DNA of 64,000 nucleotides from Eledone cirrhosa (lineage: Eukaryota): the NCBI GenBank assembly GCA_964016885.1, contig OZ024741.1, positions 86,056,001 to 86,120,000 of the forward strand, written 5' to 3'. The notes under the pieces were generated by a model. That model was not told the origin of the DNA. It ran no database searches and saw only the letters and a list, made by a program, of their open reading frames with translations. Shown here piece after piece: positions 26,043 through 39,797 of this stretch (position 1 is the first letter of the stretch; the number at the start of each line of letters is the position of its first letter). The position numbers and the translations under genes were made by a program.

Positions 26043-26474
26043 ATATTTGGGGAGGGTCATATTTGCGTAATATTGCCAGAATTAATAACAGAACACACTC
26101 ACTGTTGGTTTTCGCTTCTCGCTGTCTTTTATATCTGCGATCTAACTTACTCGGTCCTCAATGTTGCCATTGACTGACCGGCGGTCAAAAATAATACAGA
26201 TACAATATAGGCACAAACACATATATATAGTTTACATAATTTACATAAATCTTTCGTTGCACATCTGCAACATCGTCATATTTATACACACACACACAAT
26301 ACATTTGTGTGTGTATATATTACACAGATATATGTATATGTGTATTCAACAACTCAAAATATTAACGTAATCCACAGACAGATATATTCACATATATTTA
26401 AATAAGTATATATCTACATACACATATGTCGTTAAAAACTGTATAGTTATATTTTTTAAAAAAATTTAAAAAAC

Positions 26475-26505
<31 letters not shown>

Positions 26506-26825
26506 TTTCACACAGGCAAATACAGACAACGGACACACATACACACATACACACAGGCATTGGCAGCACATGTGTATATGTTGATATTTCTATTTTTAGC
26601 TCAATAGTTAAATGACCACATCGATGCTTCTGCCTATATATAACCCCTCGCTACCCATAATAGCTGCTACTATTACTACTACTACTACTACTACAATTAT
26701 TATTATTATTATTATGACATTGCTATTGTTGTAATTGCTACTACTACTACTACTTTCATTCCGCTCTCACTACCTTCAGCACCATCACCATAATCACCAC
26801 TATGTATATATATATATATATATAT

Positions 26826-27027
26826 ATAGGAAAAAATATGACCCCGACGGCAGAGCTCAAGCCGTTTCGACGGCTATTTGTGGACTAAATAGTCCAGAAA
26901 TAGCCGTCGAAACGGCTTAAGCTCTGCCGTCGGGGTCATACTTTTTCCTATTTCCCACTCTACTACCCTAAGTATTGAGTACTCTGGTGCGTTGTGCTCC
27001 ATCTGGTTCCTTACCACAATTCCTTCG

Positions 27028-27030
<3 letters not shown>
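26826..27030 (+). mobile_element. PLE-like terminus with foldback palindrome and 3' half of an HHR
   Basis: Arms 26826-26879 and 26898-26951. GAAA-CGGC..GCCG-TC present. The tail sequence recurs at 50828-50880. Confidence 0.65.
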
Positions 27031-27088
<58 letters not shown>

Positions 27089-27207
27089 TATATAAGATAT
27101 ATATATATATATATATATATACTATAAAGTATGTCCATAGAATCATTTGATAATATATATATACATATATACACACACACATATTATAAGTATATATATT
27201 ATATATA

Positions 27208-27256
<49 letters not shown>

Positions 27257-27264
27257 TATTATAA

Positions 27265-27344
<80 letters not shown>

Positions 27345-27355
<11 letters not shown>

Positions 27356-27590
27356 TAAGTATTTCCGAAGAAAAAGTAAAGGAAAAAAGAGTGCTCTATG
27401 TATAAAACAGAGCTATTTAATTAGAAAGTGAACAACACAATATATAACTACTCCATTACCAAAGGTTTCAGGACCCTAGACAGTATTAACATATGTCTAG
27501 GTCGTTCATCAAAAAGAGGGGTTACAACCCCTCTTTCTGAAACCTTTGGTAATGGAGTAGTTATATATTGAGTTGTTCACTTTCTAATAT
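27345..27590 (-). mobile_element. PLE terminus with inverted arm and variant HHR (27451-27518)
   Basis: Minus strand: CTCTTT-TTGATGA-(GACCTAGACA..TGTCTAGGGTC)-GAAA-CCTTTGG-TA-ATGGAG. Arms 27420-27471 and 27538-27590. Tail recurs at 40020-40090 and 45340-45430. Confidence 0.65.
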
Positions 27591-27605
27591 ATATATATAT
27601 ATATT

Positions 27606-28198
27606 TAACGAAGGGTATTTATTAATTAATAAGTCGTTATTGTTAGAATGATTGTAACATGATTATTAGAGGTAATAACAAAGTTGAAGTTGTTAGATGA
27701 AATGACAAGTATAAATGGAATAGTTTATATATGGTTTACTTCACGTGAATCAATTAAAAAGTACAATAAAACAGTTACCAAAAGTTGAGAAGGTTGACGT
27801 TGTCGTTGTGAGTCTGAGACCATAGTGAGTGAGAGAGAGTAATGGTTTGTATGCCTCCGAATGGTCTGTAGATGACTGTAGACCCGTGTGGCCTGTAGAT
27901 AGCGGTGAATCCTTACATAGTTAGTTGCTAGCGTAATGCTCCGATCTTTCTGTCTTTCTGTAGACCACTGGGGTCTGTTGATAGTGGTGAATCTTTCACA
28001 TAGCTTGTTCTGTAGTAGGGTGCTCCGATGTCTCTGTGTAAACGTGGAATGATAAAGGCTTTATATACCTGTCGCTTCCTGCCTCTCACCTTGAGGGGAT
28101 AGCCAACGCATCAACCTGTTCACACCAAAAGGGTGGTGACCTAGAATTTGACCTTTAGGTGTCACCCAAGGTTCAAGGCGTGGACAGATCTCGCTACA
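27606..28198 (-). mobile_element. Probable solo LTR
   Basis: Minus strand starts TGTAGCGA, ends TCGTTA, and contains GGTATATAAAG and AATAAA. Second copy at 40749-41492. Confidence 0.7.
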
Positions 28199-28899
28199 TA
28201 TATATATATTATAAGCATATATATATTATAAGCATATATAATTATATGTGTGTGTGTGTGTGTCTCTCCTCCTTCTTTGTCTGCACTTTGGCTATAGTCC
28301 TTATTCTCTTCTGTTTTACTGTTTCTCTCCTTTCTATATTTTTCCTCCTTCGGCGCTCTATATTTGTGTACTTTGCCTAAAATCATAACTTGTTTCTGCC
28401 TGTTTTGTTATGTCCTAATGTGCACTGGAATAAATGGTATCAACCTTAATTTACGGAAACCGTAGTGATTTCAAGAGGTTGACTGCGGAGTGGGACTGTC
28501 CGTCTTTCCGTTGATTGGAGTAATGGGTGACAGTGTTCGCTCCCAAGAAAACTCTCACAAATCAGTTATGTAGCTACAACGAGGCGAGTAAAGGTGGCCT
28601 CTAAAAAGCCTAGTATTCGCTGTTCTGATAAAAGTGCCAAATTGGGGACTGGCGTGAATGAGATCACCACAACACTGCAATATGGCTGGAAACAGTAAAA
28701 ACATCCATATCGCATCGTCCTTCGCGCGCGATAACAAGGGATGCGTTCAGTCCTTCTGTAGAGGGGGACGGTTCGAACAATATATTGCAGTCTCCACCAA
28801 ACATTGCAAAAACTAGCGATAGGCCAGCAACCTGTCCTGGGAGGCGTGAGATGGAAGCAAAAAAAGTTATGTATCCCGAAACCTCAGAGTGAGCCCGGA

Positions 28900-29785
28900 A
28901 GGGAGCAAATCTTTGGAATTGGTAACTGAACCCTTACAACCCATACGGGCACGGACCACGAACTAATAGAGGGTGCTAGAGGCTCTCGGCTAGATATAGT
29001 CTGGATTTTCTCAACAGCTTCGTGGCTCTGGTACTGTAGATTTGGATGGAGGGTGGAAATTCCACTATTCTGGTGTGGCACCCGAAAAGATTACACAGGC
29101 GGGAGTGGGAATACTCACAAGTTCCCTGCTGTCAGAGTGTGTTTTGGATTGGATCTCATTAGGAATGAAGATTTGCTTCTAGAAGCTTAAGCTGAAAGAA
29201 AGGTTCCTGTGGGTGATGCAAGTTTATGTGATAAATAGTGAGCCTGAGTACAGATCCTTCCTTGATGAAATCATAGCTACGTTAAATATAATTAAAACTG
29301 AGCCATATATCCTATTGGAAGACTTCAATGCACATATTGGCACTGACTACCTGATATGGAAAGGAGTGGTTGAAAGAAACAACGATACCGATTTCAATAC
29401 GAATGGAGAGACCTTATTAGACTGCAGTTCTCGCAATGGGCTTTCCATTATGAACACCTTCTTCCAGCACAGAGACATCCATAAATACACATGGTATAAA
29501 TGGAATCGGGGACAGAGGTCAATAATTCATTTTGTTATTGTCTAATCTCTTCCATTCTGTGTTGGATGTTCGTGTTAAAAGAGGGGCTGAGCTGTCAACT
29601 GATCACTATCTAGTTATCTACAACCTGAGACTACCTACTTGTGGCCCACAAAACTGGCAGGTCTGGCTAGACCTACAGGGTAACGTGTGAAGCGCTGGCA
29701 GATAAGAAAGTCAGGAATAGGTTTGCAGATACTATTGCATCCAAATTCAGAGAACTCCCTGAACAAATTGAAGACGTCGAAATAT
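28900..29785 (+). pseudogene. Degenerate RTE-type APE endonuclease (different family from the RTEs above)
   Basis: GVGILTS, LEDFNAHIG, NGLSIMNTFFQHRDIHKYTW, DVRVKRGAELSTDHYLV, with stops. Confidence 0.85.
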
Positions 29786-30388
29786 ATATATATGGAGAGA
29801 GAAAGAGCCATATACCGTTTGAGAAACATAGTATTTTGTAGATATATATAAAGCACATAATATTTAGGAAAAAGTACATACTTTAAGATGTAAAAAGCCA
29901 TTATTTTCCTTACGGTATTGTTTCATAGTTCGTAAATCGAAGCAAAAATCGATCTAAGTAATCGATTATCGATTACCAACTATCGATTTTGGTAAAGCTA
30001 CGGAAGATGCGGAACTAAACATCAGAGAAATCGTCATGGGATAAGTCCCAGTAGAGTACAAAACACATTTATATAATATGTTGGGATCTGGGAGCTAGTT
30101 AAAACTATACACCGCGTGGTGCGGGAGAACGTTTTAACTGTCCCGGCAAATACAAATAGGACTGGACGTCATATCTGCTAGAAAGAGGTGCTGATTAACA
30201 GTTTAAGCAGCTCAACAGAATTTTGAGCTGTTATTTACTATGTTACGGTATTATAACATACATAATAATGACTCTCCCATCTTAAAGGATGTACTTTTTC
30301 CTGAATATTATGTGCTTTATATATGTGTACAAACTACTATATATTTCTCAGACGATATATGGCTCTTACTCTCTCTCTATATATATAC
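29782..30388. mobile_element. MITE with ~120-bp diverged terminal inverted repeats
   Basis: 29782-29904 is approximately the reverse complement of 30266-30388 (ATAAAGCACATAATATT..GGAAAAAGTACAT). Confidence 0.75.
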
Positions 30389-30838
30389 ATGTATCTTTTA
30401 ATATGAATTTTATATATATATATATATATACCCTTTTTTCTCTCTTTCTCTCTCCTTTTCCACCTGGCCTTTTGATTAATAAAAGGCCTCGGGCGCACCC
30501 GAACTACACCGATGTCCTGTAATTCAGCGCCGAAACATCGAATCGGGAAACATTTACAGCTGACGATGGAAACTCCTTTCCTCCTTTCTCCTCCTGTTCC
30601 GTCCTAACCACCATCCTAAACCTTGTTTTTAGTAACCACACAGCTCCTTTCGTTTCATATCATTTTATATATATATATATATATGCTGATCTGCAAATCT
30701 GGCTGATCAGTGGGTCTGCTAATATGCAGATCTGACAGATTAGCAAATCTGCTAATATGCAAATCAGGCCGATCAGTCACTGTATATTTAAAAAAATATA
30801 TATTTTCACTAGCTCTGACAAATGGCAGGTAAGCAGTA

Positions 30839-30887
30839 AACTGTACTGATGAAGGTTAATCACCCAGAAACGTTAGTGTCTGCAGTT
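30839..30887 (+). ncRNA. Minimal type I hammerhead ribozyme in a PLE terminus
   Basis: AACTGTA-CTGATGA-AGGTTAATCACCCA-GAAA-CGTTAGTG-TC-TGCAGTT; helix I 7 bp including one GU. Confidence 0.75.
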
Positions 30888-31012
30888 CTGTTTGCATGCC
30901 AACACAAGAGCGATAATGAGGGACTCATTCTACTGACATGGCCTATAAAAGAGGGTGTTTGCATAATTACAAACGAATCTAATATTATTATTAATATTCG
31001 AAAAACTCAGAT

Positions 31013-31083
<71 letters not shown>

Positions 31084-31104
31084 AGAGAGAGAGAGAGAGA
31101 TGAA

Positions 31105-31300
31105 TAAATAAATAATAACCAGGATTTCAGGATTTTAATTAAATTATTTAATTGATTGTCGAACTTCTCGATTAAAATAACAGGAATATTCATTCCTGCC
31201 ACATTAATCACTTCAGAATCTTTTAAATAACGTTAATATTTACCAACACATTTTCATAAGACGATCACAGAAATTCAGCAAAACCTTATAGAGGTGGTAG
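31105..31300 (-). repeat. Degenerate copy of the PLE terminus at 38330-38540
   Basis: Reverse-complement similarity; HHR core is mutated. Confidence 0.65.
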
Positions 31301-31665
31301 AACTAAGTGCAATCTTTGTCTGGCGGAAGCATTTGCAATAATAACTTCTAAAATTAACCTTCTCAGCACTAGAAACGAGATAATCACTTCGTGTCCACAT
31401 AGAACCTTTCACTCTTTCTTTTACAAAATCCCCAAACCTGATTAATTATACCAGTTTACATTCGTGCTTATTTTTCTTTTTTTTAAACCTTAAATAGAGG
31501 TTTCATATATTTTTTATACCTTGCATCTAGGTTAAACTATCTTATAAAATTTATTTTGTTATTCATCTCAAACCTCAGTATTTGAACTGAAATTGAAATT
31601 CATAGTTAGATATGTGTATGTAAGTGAAGCTCATATGTATGCATATGCATGTGTGTGTGGATATA

Positions 31666-31844
31666 CAGGTAAAATTCCGTTATAACGAATACCATTATAA
31701 CGAATTTTTCAGTATAACGAAATTTTTTTCAATCCTCGAGGTAATAACAAACAAACGCTCGATTTGTTTCAGTCGATCTCGTTATAAAGAATATTTCGTT
31801 ACAACGAATTTTTAATACTCCGTGAATTTCGTTATAACAGAATT

Positions 31845-31850
<6 letters not shown>
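31666..31850. mobile_element. pogo/Tigger-like MITE
   Basis: TA-CAGGTAAAATTCCGTTATAACGAA ... TTCGTTATAACAGAATTTCACTA-TA, with internal TATAACGAA repeats. Confidence 0.75.
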
Positions 31851-31929
<79 letters not shown>

Positions 31930-31962
31930 ATTATTATGTAATAAACAACATAAGGCAATTAT

Positions 31963-32020
31963 TCCATTTACCAGTGGTTTCTTAAAAGCAAAAGGTTTTG
32001 CTTTCAATCCTCAGAATGAA
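31963..32020 (-). ncRNA. Type I hammerhead ribozyme
   Basis: TTCATT-CTGAGGA-TTGAAAGCAAAA..TTTTGCTTTTAA-GAAA-CCACTGG-TA-AATGGA. Confidence 0.85.
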
Positions 32021-32169
32021 AAATCCTGGTTTGTTTATTGAATATGGATTCTAAAAACAAAAATGCAATCTATATGAAAGTGAGGCTGGAAAAGGGAGAA
32101 GGAAAGGAAAAATAAAATAAAATAAAACTACACATGCAAACACACACAAAAAAAAACACAAAAGCATAT

Positions 32170-32248
<79 letters not shown>

Positions 32249-32271
32249 CATATACACACATATACACATAT

Positions 32272-32302
<31 letters not shown>

Positions 32303-32701
32303 TGTGTGTGTACAAGCCTACACATACACACACACATATATATACACACACATATACATACATTCACACAAACATACAACGTACATACATACACATACAT
32401 GAATGCACTCCACTACATATTAACACACGCAAATAAATATAAGAAAAAAATATATAAATAATATTAACAAATATTTGACAGCGATACATGCCCCAGCTAA
32501 CAGGACAGACACGCGTGGTAAGTAATACGCACATAAGCACATATACATACGTTCGAAATAGTAAACACATACACACACTCTCACACATAAATATACATAT
32601 ACAAATACATAAACACGTACATACACATACATACGCAAACACGTACACGTATACAATATAAACACACACATGTATATGTAATTATATACGCACACACACA
32701 C

Positions 32702-32740
<39 letters not shown>

Positions 32741-33184
32741 CAAAAATATAAAAATATAAACGCACACACACATATAAATACGTAAACACACATATACATA
32801 CATAGCTAAACAATTATACACATGCAAATACGTATATATCAAAAGAACGCACAACCAAATACAAACACACACACATATATACACACACACACACCCACAC
32901 ACAAACCCACACATACATAAAAATAAATAAAAACACACGCAACATATACATACATACACATACATATACATATATACATACATACACATTATATATATAC
33001 ACATATATACATATAAATATATATATATATATACACGCATACACGTACACATACACACATGCATACACATACACACACACATATACATGTGTGTATGTGT
33101 AAAGCTCAGTATTAGATAAGACAAATGAACCTAACATAAACGTATATATAGTAGTAAAGTAATAAAGCCATACAAGGCAATTAA

Positions 33185-33242
33185 TCCATTCACCAGAGGT
33201 TTCTTAAAAGCAAAAAAAGTTTCCTTCAATCTTCAGAATGAA
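33185..33242 (-). ncRNA. Degenerate hammerhead copy (GTG at the cleavage site, likely inactive)
   Basis: TTCATT-CTGAAGA..GAAA-CCTCTGG-TG-AATGGA. Confidence 0.6.
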
Positions 33243-33318
33243 AGAAAGCCCTGGTTTATCCACATATACATACATATACACACACAAATATACAAATATA
33301 TACACACATACAGACACG

Positions 33319-33386
<68 letters not shown>

Positions 33387-33684
33387 CAGACATATATACA
33401 TACACATATATACACATACATATATATACATACATACATACACATACATATACATACACAAACACATACGTACACATATACATATATACACACAAAAATA
33501 CATACACATACACATAGGTATGTGAAGGGCAAAACAAAAAGAATATATGGGGGGGGGGCTAAGAGGAGGTAAAAATATAAGGGGAGGTAAGGGAGAAAAC
33601 AATTTTTTTAAATACAAGAGTACAGAAGGTAGAAGCAGCAAAATAAAAGCCGTAGCAAAAGTAAAGAGCAGAGAAGGAGTTCAA

Positions 33685-33952
33685 GGCGGTTGATTTATCG
33701 TAGGAGTGTCAATCCAGTTGCAGATCAGATGCGATTTCAGATGAGGACAGCATCTGAAGATCTCAGTCTTAGAGTTAAGGCAAGCGGAAGTGTCTCTCAA
33801 GTTTAGCAAAATCCTATACTTTTCTGTGGTACACAAAGAACAATTCTTTGTGCCCCTTTGGTACTCCCTCGAATGGTCTAATATAGACCAATCAATAGAG
33901 TACGGGATATTACTATCCTTGAGATCCCATACCTTACTTGCGAGGGCCGTTG
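33685..33952 (-). pseudogene. PLE GIY-YIG endonuclease C-terminus with W / CxxC / CxH motifs
   Basis: Hand translation TTALASKVWDLKDSNIPYSIDWSIL..KNCSLCTTEKYRIL..LNSKTEIFRCCPHLK. Confidence 0.8.
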
Positions 33953-34398
33953 TGTGTGCGTATATAATTACATATACATGTGTGTGTTTATATTGTATAC
34001 GTGTACGTGTTTGCGTATGTATGTGTATGTACGTGTTTATGTATTTGTATATGTATATTTATGTGTGAGAGTGTGTGTATGTGTTTACTATTTCGAACGT
34101 ATGTATATGTGCTTATGTGTGTATTACTTACCACGCGTGTCTGTCCTGTTAGCTGGGGCATGTATCGCTGTCAAATATTTGTTAATATTATTTATATATT
34201 TTTTTCTTATATTTATTTGCGTGTGTTAATATGTAGTGGAGTGCATTCATGTATGTGTATGTATGTACGTTGTATGTTTGTGTGAATGTATGTATATGTG
34301 TGTGTATATATATGTGTGTGTGTATGTGTAGGCTTGTACACACACATGTGTGTGTGTGTGTGTGTGTGTGTATGTATATGTGTATATGTGTGTATATG

Positions 34399-34472
<74 letters not shown>

Positions 34473-34624
34473 AATATATGCTTTTGTGTTTTTTTTTGTG
34501 TGTGTTTGCATGTGTAGTTTTATTTTATTTTATTTTTCCTTTCCTTCTCCCTTTTCCAGCCTCACTTTCATATAGATTGCATTTTTGTTTTTAGAATCCA
34601 TATTCAATAAACAAACCAGGATTT

Positions 34625-34682
34625 TTCATTCTGAGGATTGAAAACAAAACCTTTTGCTTTTAAGAAACCACTGGTTAATGGA
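34625..34682 (+). ncRNA. Type I hammerhead ribozyme (inverted copy, GTT site)
   Basis: TTCATT-CTGAGGA-..-GAAA-CCACTGG-TT-AATGGA. Confidence 0.75.
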
Positions 34683-34876
34683 ATAATTGCCTTATGTTGT
34701 TTATTACATAATAATAATAATTAAGCTCTGTTGCTTACATAGAGCACTCTTTTTTCCTGGACTTTTCCGATGGAATTACTTCATTCATACATATATATAT
34801 ATATATATATATACGAATATGTGTATATATATATATATGTGTGTATGTATATGTATGTATGTGTGTGTGCGTGTGT

Positions 34877-34908
<32 letters not shown>

Positions 34909-35614
34909 ATTGTAATGTATGTGTGGTGCATATTTGTGAGTATATATATGTCTATATATATATGAATGTGTCTGATTTCCTTTATACTTATCATCCCTAT
35001 CTATATATATAAAACAAAGAATGTCTGTGTATCTGTTTCCCTAAAACTCGACAAGTCCCCAACCATTTTTTTTTCAAACTTTACACATTTAATACGTATG
35101 GCCCTGTGAGTGTTTTGAGCAAAAAAAAATTTCAAATTATTTAGTCCTAGGGATCGAATTAGTGAAGTGGCCAATGTTGTACATAATAAGGGAGTGAGAG
35201 AGGAGAGAAAGAAACGGAGAGGCGAAGTGACGAAGTGGGTCTCTACTCCTCCTCCATCTCCCCATTCGTCACAGCGTTTTTCGATAGAGGGGAGAAATGT
35301 GAGTGAGTTATAAAGAGAAAGAGTGAGAGTGAAAGAAACAGACATACTAAAAGAGGGGGGATAGCGGGAGAGAGAGAGTGACAGACGCTGTGTTTGATAC
35401 ATGACAGTGGAAGAGGGGAAGGAAAGCTATAACTAATTAACATGTGTGCGTGTGTGTGTTCGTGCAGCGTTCCACTAAGAATTAAATCTATTAACATGTG
35501 TGTGTGTACGTGCACACGTGCGTGAGTTTGTGCGTTTGCGTGCGTGAGTGTGTGTGTGTACGTGCATGTGGCGTTTCACTTACGCCATTTTTTTCAGTGA
35601 CAACATATTCACTT

Positions 35615-36048
35615 TCCCTTCCCAGCTCGAGCCGGTGGGGCTGGATCGAGCAGACGGCAAAAGGCCAGATGGCATGACCATCTTCCCATTCCGTGGTGGC
35701 AAACTCCTCGTCTGGGATACCACTTGCACCGACACTTTCTTCAGCCGCAACCTGGTGCAGTCTGCGACTGACCCAGGTTCTGCTGCACGTCGGGCTGAGG
35801 GGGCCAAATACCTGTCGCTCTCCGACATGTTTGTGCTCCTACCCCTGGCAGTGGAGACTTCTGGTGTCCTCGGCCCCAGGGCTACCGCTTTACTCACCAC
35901 CATAGGCGCTGAGCTGGCCAGATGCAGGTGTGAGCCCCGCGAGTTGGAGTGGCTTTTCCAGCGCGTCTCCCTTCCCGTCCTCCGAGGAAACGCCTTCTCC
36001 ATTCTGTCCGCCGGGGATGTGGGTGGGCCCCATCGCGTACTGTTGTAG
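35615..36048 (+). pseudogene. CRE-clade non-LTR retrotransposon restriction-like endonuclease C-terminus, inside the Helitron
   Basis: EPVGLDRADGKRPDG..LVWDTTCTDT..PLAVETSGVLG..QRVSLPVLRGNA. Confidence 0.85.
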
Positions 36049-36333
36049 TTGTTGTAGAAGAAACAGGAAGACAACAACTGGAAAGTTTGATTTTCTACTT
36101 TATCATTTACTTCTGCACTGAAATATATATACATTCACTAACTTACACTCATTCCAACCGCTGCTCTTACTGTTACCCCTCTCCCTATCCATATCCCGGT
36201 TAAGACGGCACTCTTGGCTTAGCAATTACATAGTCAACCGTTCGGAAATCACATGCATCGGTTTTTAATTCACTGACGAGTTTACTCCTTACTCTACCAT
36301 TGAGTTTCAGTGTACTGCTTCCTGCTTTAGGTC

Positions 36334-36760
36334 ATGCCTCGAAGGAAGAGATACTCCATTGGCCGAAAAACTGCGAAAGCAGCAACAAGAACAGGGCGGG
36401 CAAACGAATCGTCAGTGGAATCTGTTATTCGACGGACGCAAGATGCTAAACGTGCTGCCACCAGAAGAGCACTTGAAACAGACAACCAACGAACCATTCG
36501 CCGAACACTAATGCCGCATCAACTTCTGTTGCACGAGCAGCCGAGACGGAAGACCAGCGTAAAAGACGTCGGAGTACGAATGCTGCGAATACTGCTGCTG
36601 CGCGAGCTACACAGACCTCGCAAGAACGAGACATTCGACTACAATTGCTCAACGAAGGGCCTTTGGGCAGGGTATTTCAAGGCCGTGTTGCTCACGATAG
36701 TCCTTAAAAGCATTCGAGTACAACCCTGACTTTGATTACAGTGGCCATCCAGACATTGAC
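36334..36760 (+). pseudogene. Helitron RepHel N-terminus (R/E-rich repeats, AFEYNPDFDYSGHP), truncated
   Basis: MPRRKRYSIGRKT..RANES..RR..RALET pattern resembles animal Helitron ORF starts; frameshifted. Confidence 0.65.
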
Positions 36761-38417
36761 CCCTCATTTTTAGGGCTGTCAGTGAACGCACACACAATCC
36801 TATTTAAGGTGCCTTACTTGAAATTGTTTGACGGTTACCGCAATGGTAAATTCAAATCGTCCAGCATCCGCTAAAACAGTGTTATAAGCGTTACAGTGGA
36901 CAGAGAGATACGTTATCGCTCTTCTTAACAAGCTCGGTTTACCTTTACTTATTTTTCCTAACAACATTTGCTTCTCAGAATTGATTTCATCGTGTGTCCC
37001 AATTGAAGAATAAATTGAATTTAGAATAACGCATTTCTATACAACATATTTTGCTCTTTTCTTCTAATATGTGGGAAGAGTGAGAAGGAGTTGGATGTAT
37101 CTGTTTCCCTAAAACTCGAGAAGTACCAAACCGATTTTTTTCAAACTTTACATGTGTATTACTTATGCTTCAGAGAGTGTCATGCACATAAAAAAAATTC
37201 AACTTTTTGATCCCCTAGGGCCTGCATTAGGTAAAAAACTGCGTTTTTTCAGCTTTTTATGGGTTTTTTTATGCGTTACGTCAGACCGATTTCCTTGAAA
37301 TTGTAACTATGTATTAGTTAGTCTCTTCTTCATACTGTGAGCAAAGAAAATCCAACTTTTTTATGGCCTAGGGCGCGCATTAGGTGAAAAACTTCATTTT
37401 TCCAGCTTTTTAGGGTTTTTTTGAGGCGTTATGTCTAGCCAATTTTCCCGAAATTTCAAGGCATATTATGCACATAAAAAAAATTCATTTTTTTTATTCC
37501 CTAGAGCCGCATTAGGTGAAAACCTGCATTTTTCCTGCTTCATCGAGGAAAATCTTAAAGATTACCCAGCCAATTACCATAAAAAAGTGCTACATTAATT
37601 AATTAGCTTATCCACGCTCATGTAAATAGAAAACAATTCCAAACTTCTATCCTGGTGACTCATGCCACTTCATTAAAGTCCAAAAGCACCAAGCCGATTT
37701 TCTCCACGTGGAAGGAGAAGCATACCTAATACTAATTGCATCAGAGTATTCGGTTTATTTTCTTTACATATTGTCCAGGCATGCAGTTTTTCCATGATTA
37801 GGTCTGTTGGCGGCCCGCGTTCCAAAATACCTTATCCCGTGCAACGCCGGGTACCACTGCTAGTTTATTCTAAAAATATTCTATAGCCTTTATTAATATA
37901 TCTTAAGTTATAAATTTCTTAGTAACCAGGCCTTCTCTTAATTATTGAGATATTTATTACTGATTTAAGCTTCCATAATGTTTGCATTGTTTTTCTTAAT
38001 ATATTCTATTAATGTTAATTTTATAACTTCAATTAATAAGTATTATTAAACTCATATGCTCTAGTTGTATACCTATAACTTTAATTTTGTGAGTAGTAAA
38101 TGTGTATTAGTGTGTAATAGCTTAGTGTAATGGGGCGTATTTATGAAAAGAAAAACTCTTTATTGTAGTTATTTAGATACATAGATAGATTTAGAATTCT
38201 TAGTCAAACACACAGAAAAGAAAGCAACACTGGAAAGGATTATAAATGTCATAAATGTGAGGAAAAAGAGCAAGGAATATTTTTATTACTAATAAATTTT
38301 TGATTGCGTATTTAGACTTCCATAAAATGTTACTGTTTTCTCAACAGTATTTTAATTTGTTTAAGTTTTCGGATTTCTGTGTCTTATGGACATGTGTTGA
38401 TAAATATAAATTTTATT

Positions 38418-38494
38418 TAATTGATTCTGAGGAGATTAATATGGCAGAAATGAATATTCCTGTTATTTTCATTGAAACGTTCGTCAATCAATTA
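38418..38494 (+). ncRNA. Type I hammerhead ribozyme in a PLE terminus
   Basis: TAATTGATT-CTGAGGA-(ATGGCAG..CTGTTAT)-GAAA-CGTTCG-TC-AATCAATTA; helix I 9 bp. Confidence 0.8.
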
Positions 38495-38729
38495 AATGAT
38501 TTAATTTAATTTAATCCTGGTTATTCTTTATTCATTTATATATAAGCTCTGTGATATTGTAAAACTAATATGAATGGAAATTTACCGATTGGATTAAACT
38601 CTGAACTGTTTGTTACCTATCTTGCTGTGGACTATAAAATCACATTGAGCTTTGAAATGTTCTTTGCCTTTATATGGTTGTATTATCAACTCATCTAAAC
38701 TCTTTTACATGTGTGTGTGTGTGTAGTAT

Positions 38730-39795
38730 GTGTTCATTACGCACCTCTTACAACATTATGACTGGGTACTGAAACAACTGTTAGGCCGTTCAAACATGGA
38801 TGTGATACATCTCGACTTTGCGAAGCCCTTCAACAAGGTTGATCATGGAATATGTCACAAAACAGGTAGTTTCGGCATAGTTGGAAAATTAGGTGGATGG
38901 CTTCAAGACTTCTTAAAAGACAGAAGTCAGACTGTTGCAGCCAACGAGGCCTCCTCAAAGGAAATATCAATAACAAGAGGTGTGTCCCAGCGAACTGTCT
39001 TGGGATCATACTGTTTGTCGTGGTTCACTTAGACATACCCTCTGTAGTACAGCCAACCTCCCTCACTAGCTATGCTGATGATACGAAAGCAACACAAGCA
39101 ATACGATTTGGATGCCATATACAAATGGGCTGGGGACAATATGAAGTTTAGTGCTGGAAAATTTCAAGCCCCCATTATTAATCCGCAAACATAAAACTAT
39201 TTTAACAAAACTACACCGAACCAGGAGGAATCGAAATCTCCAAGTCGAAGTCAATACGGGACCTGTTTATTGACATGAGCAATGATGCATCGTTTTATGT
39301 ATACATCACCAAAATAACGGCAATGTGCAAACGCCTGGTGGATTGAATTCTGAGGATTTTTAGGAAAAGAGACCCGGAAACCATGTTGGTCTTCTGGAGG
39401 ACTTTCGTTCTCAGCCGACTGGACTATTGCTCTCAGCTGTGGACGCCCCACAGTATCAGAGTAATTGCAGAACTTGAAGCAATCCAACGAAGTTACACCG
39501 AGGATAGCCTCAATGAAAGAGGTGAGCTACTGGGAGAGGCTGAAAAAATAAAGCTTTATTCCCTGGAGCGAAGGGAGAGATACGCAGTGATATACGTACG
39601 GAAGATCCTGGAAGGGTTAGTACTAAACTTCGGCATTGACAGCAGGACCAGCCCTCGAAGAGGACACCATTTATAGTGCCAAAGGTCCCATCCGTCGCAT
39701 CAAGAATAAGCACCACATACTGAAATAGCCTGGTGTTCAAGAGACCCCAGCTTTCTAATAAGCAGCCAAAAAATCTGAGAGATCCACATGTGTAT
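38730..39795 (+). pseudogene. Degenerate CR1/L2-group LINE reverse transcriptase
   Basis: DVIHLDFAKPFNKVDH, FLKDRSQTV, GVSQRTVLG, YADDTK, FVLSRLDYCSQLW, LYSLERR. Confidence 0.85.
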
Positions 39796-39797
39796 TG

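Larger units (their letters stand above)
31925..34785 (-). mobile_element. 5'-truncated Penelope-like element with ~775-bp inverted pseudo-LTR and three HHR copies
   Basis: 31925-32698 is a near-perfect reverse complement of 33951-34720. Endonuclease C-terminus at 33685-33950. Confidence 0.85.
35000..37863 (+). mobile_element. Non-autonomous composite Helitron with both termini
   Basis: A|TCTATATATATAAAA 5' end; CCCGTGCAACGCCGGG hairpin then CTAG|T 3' end. The 5' subterminal block (35028-35150) is repeated at 37097-37220, followed by ~120-bp tandem units. Confidence 0.9.
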
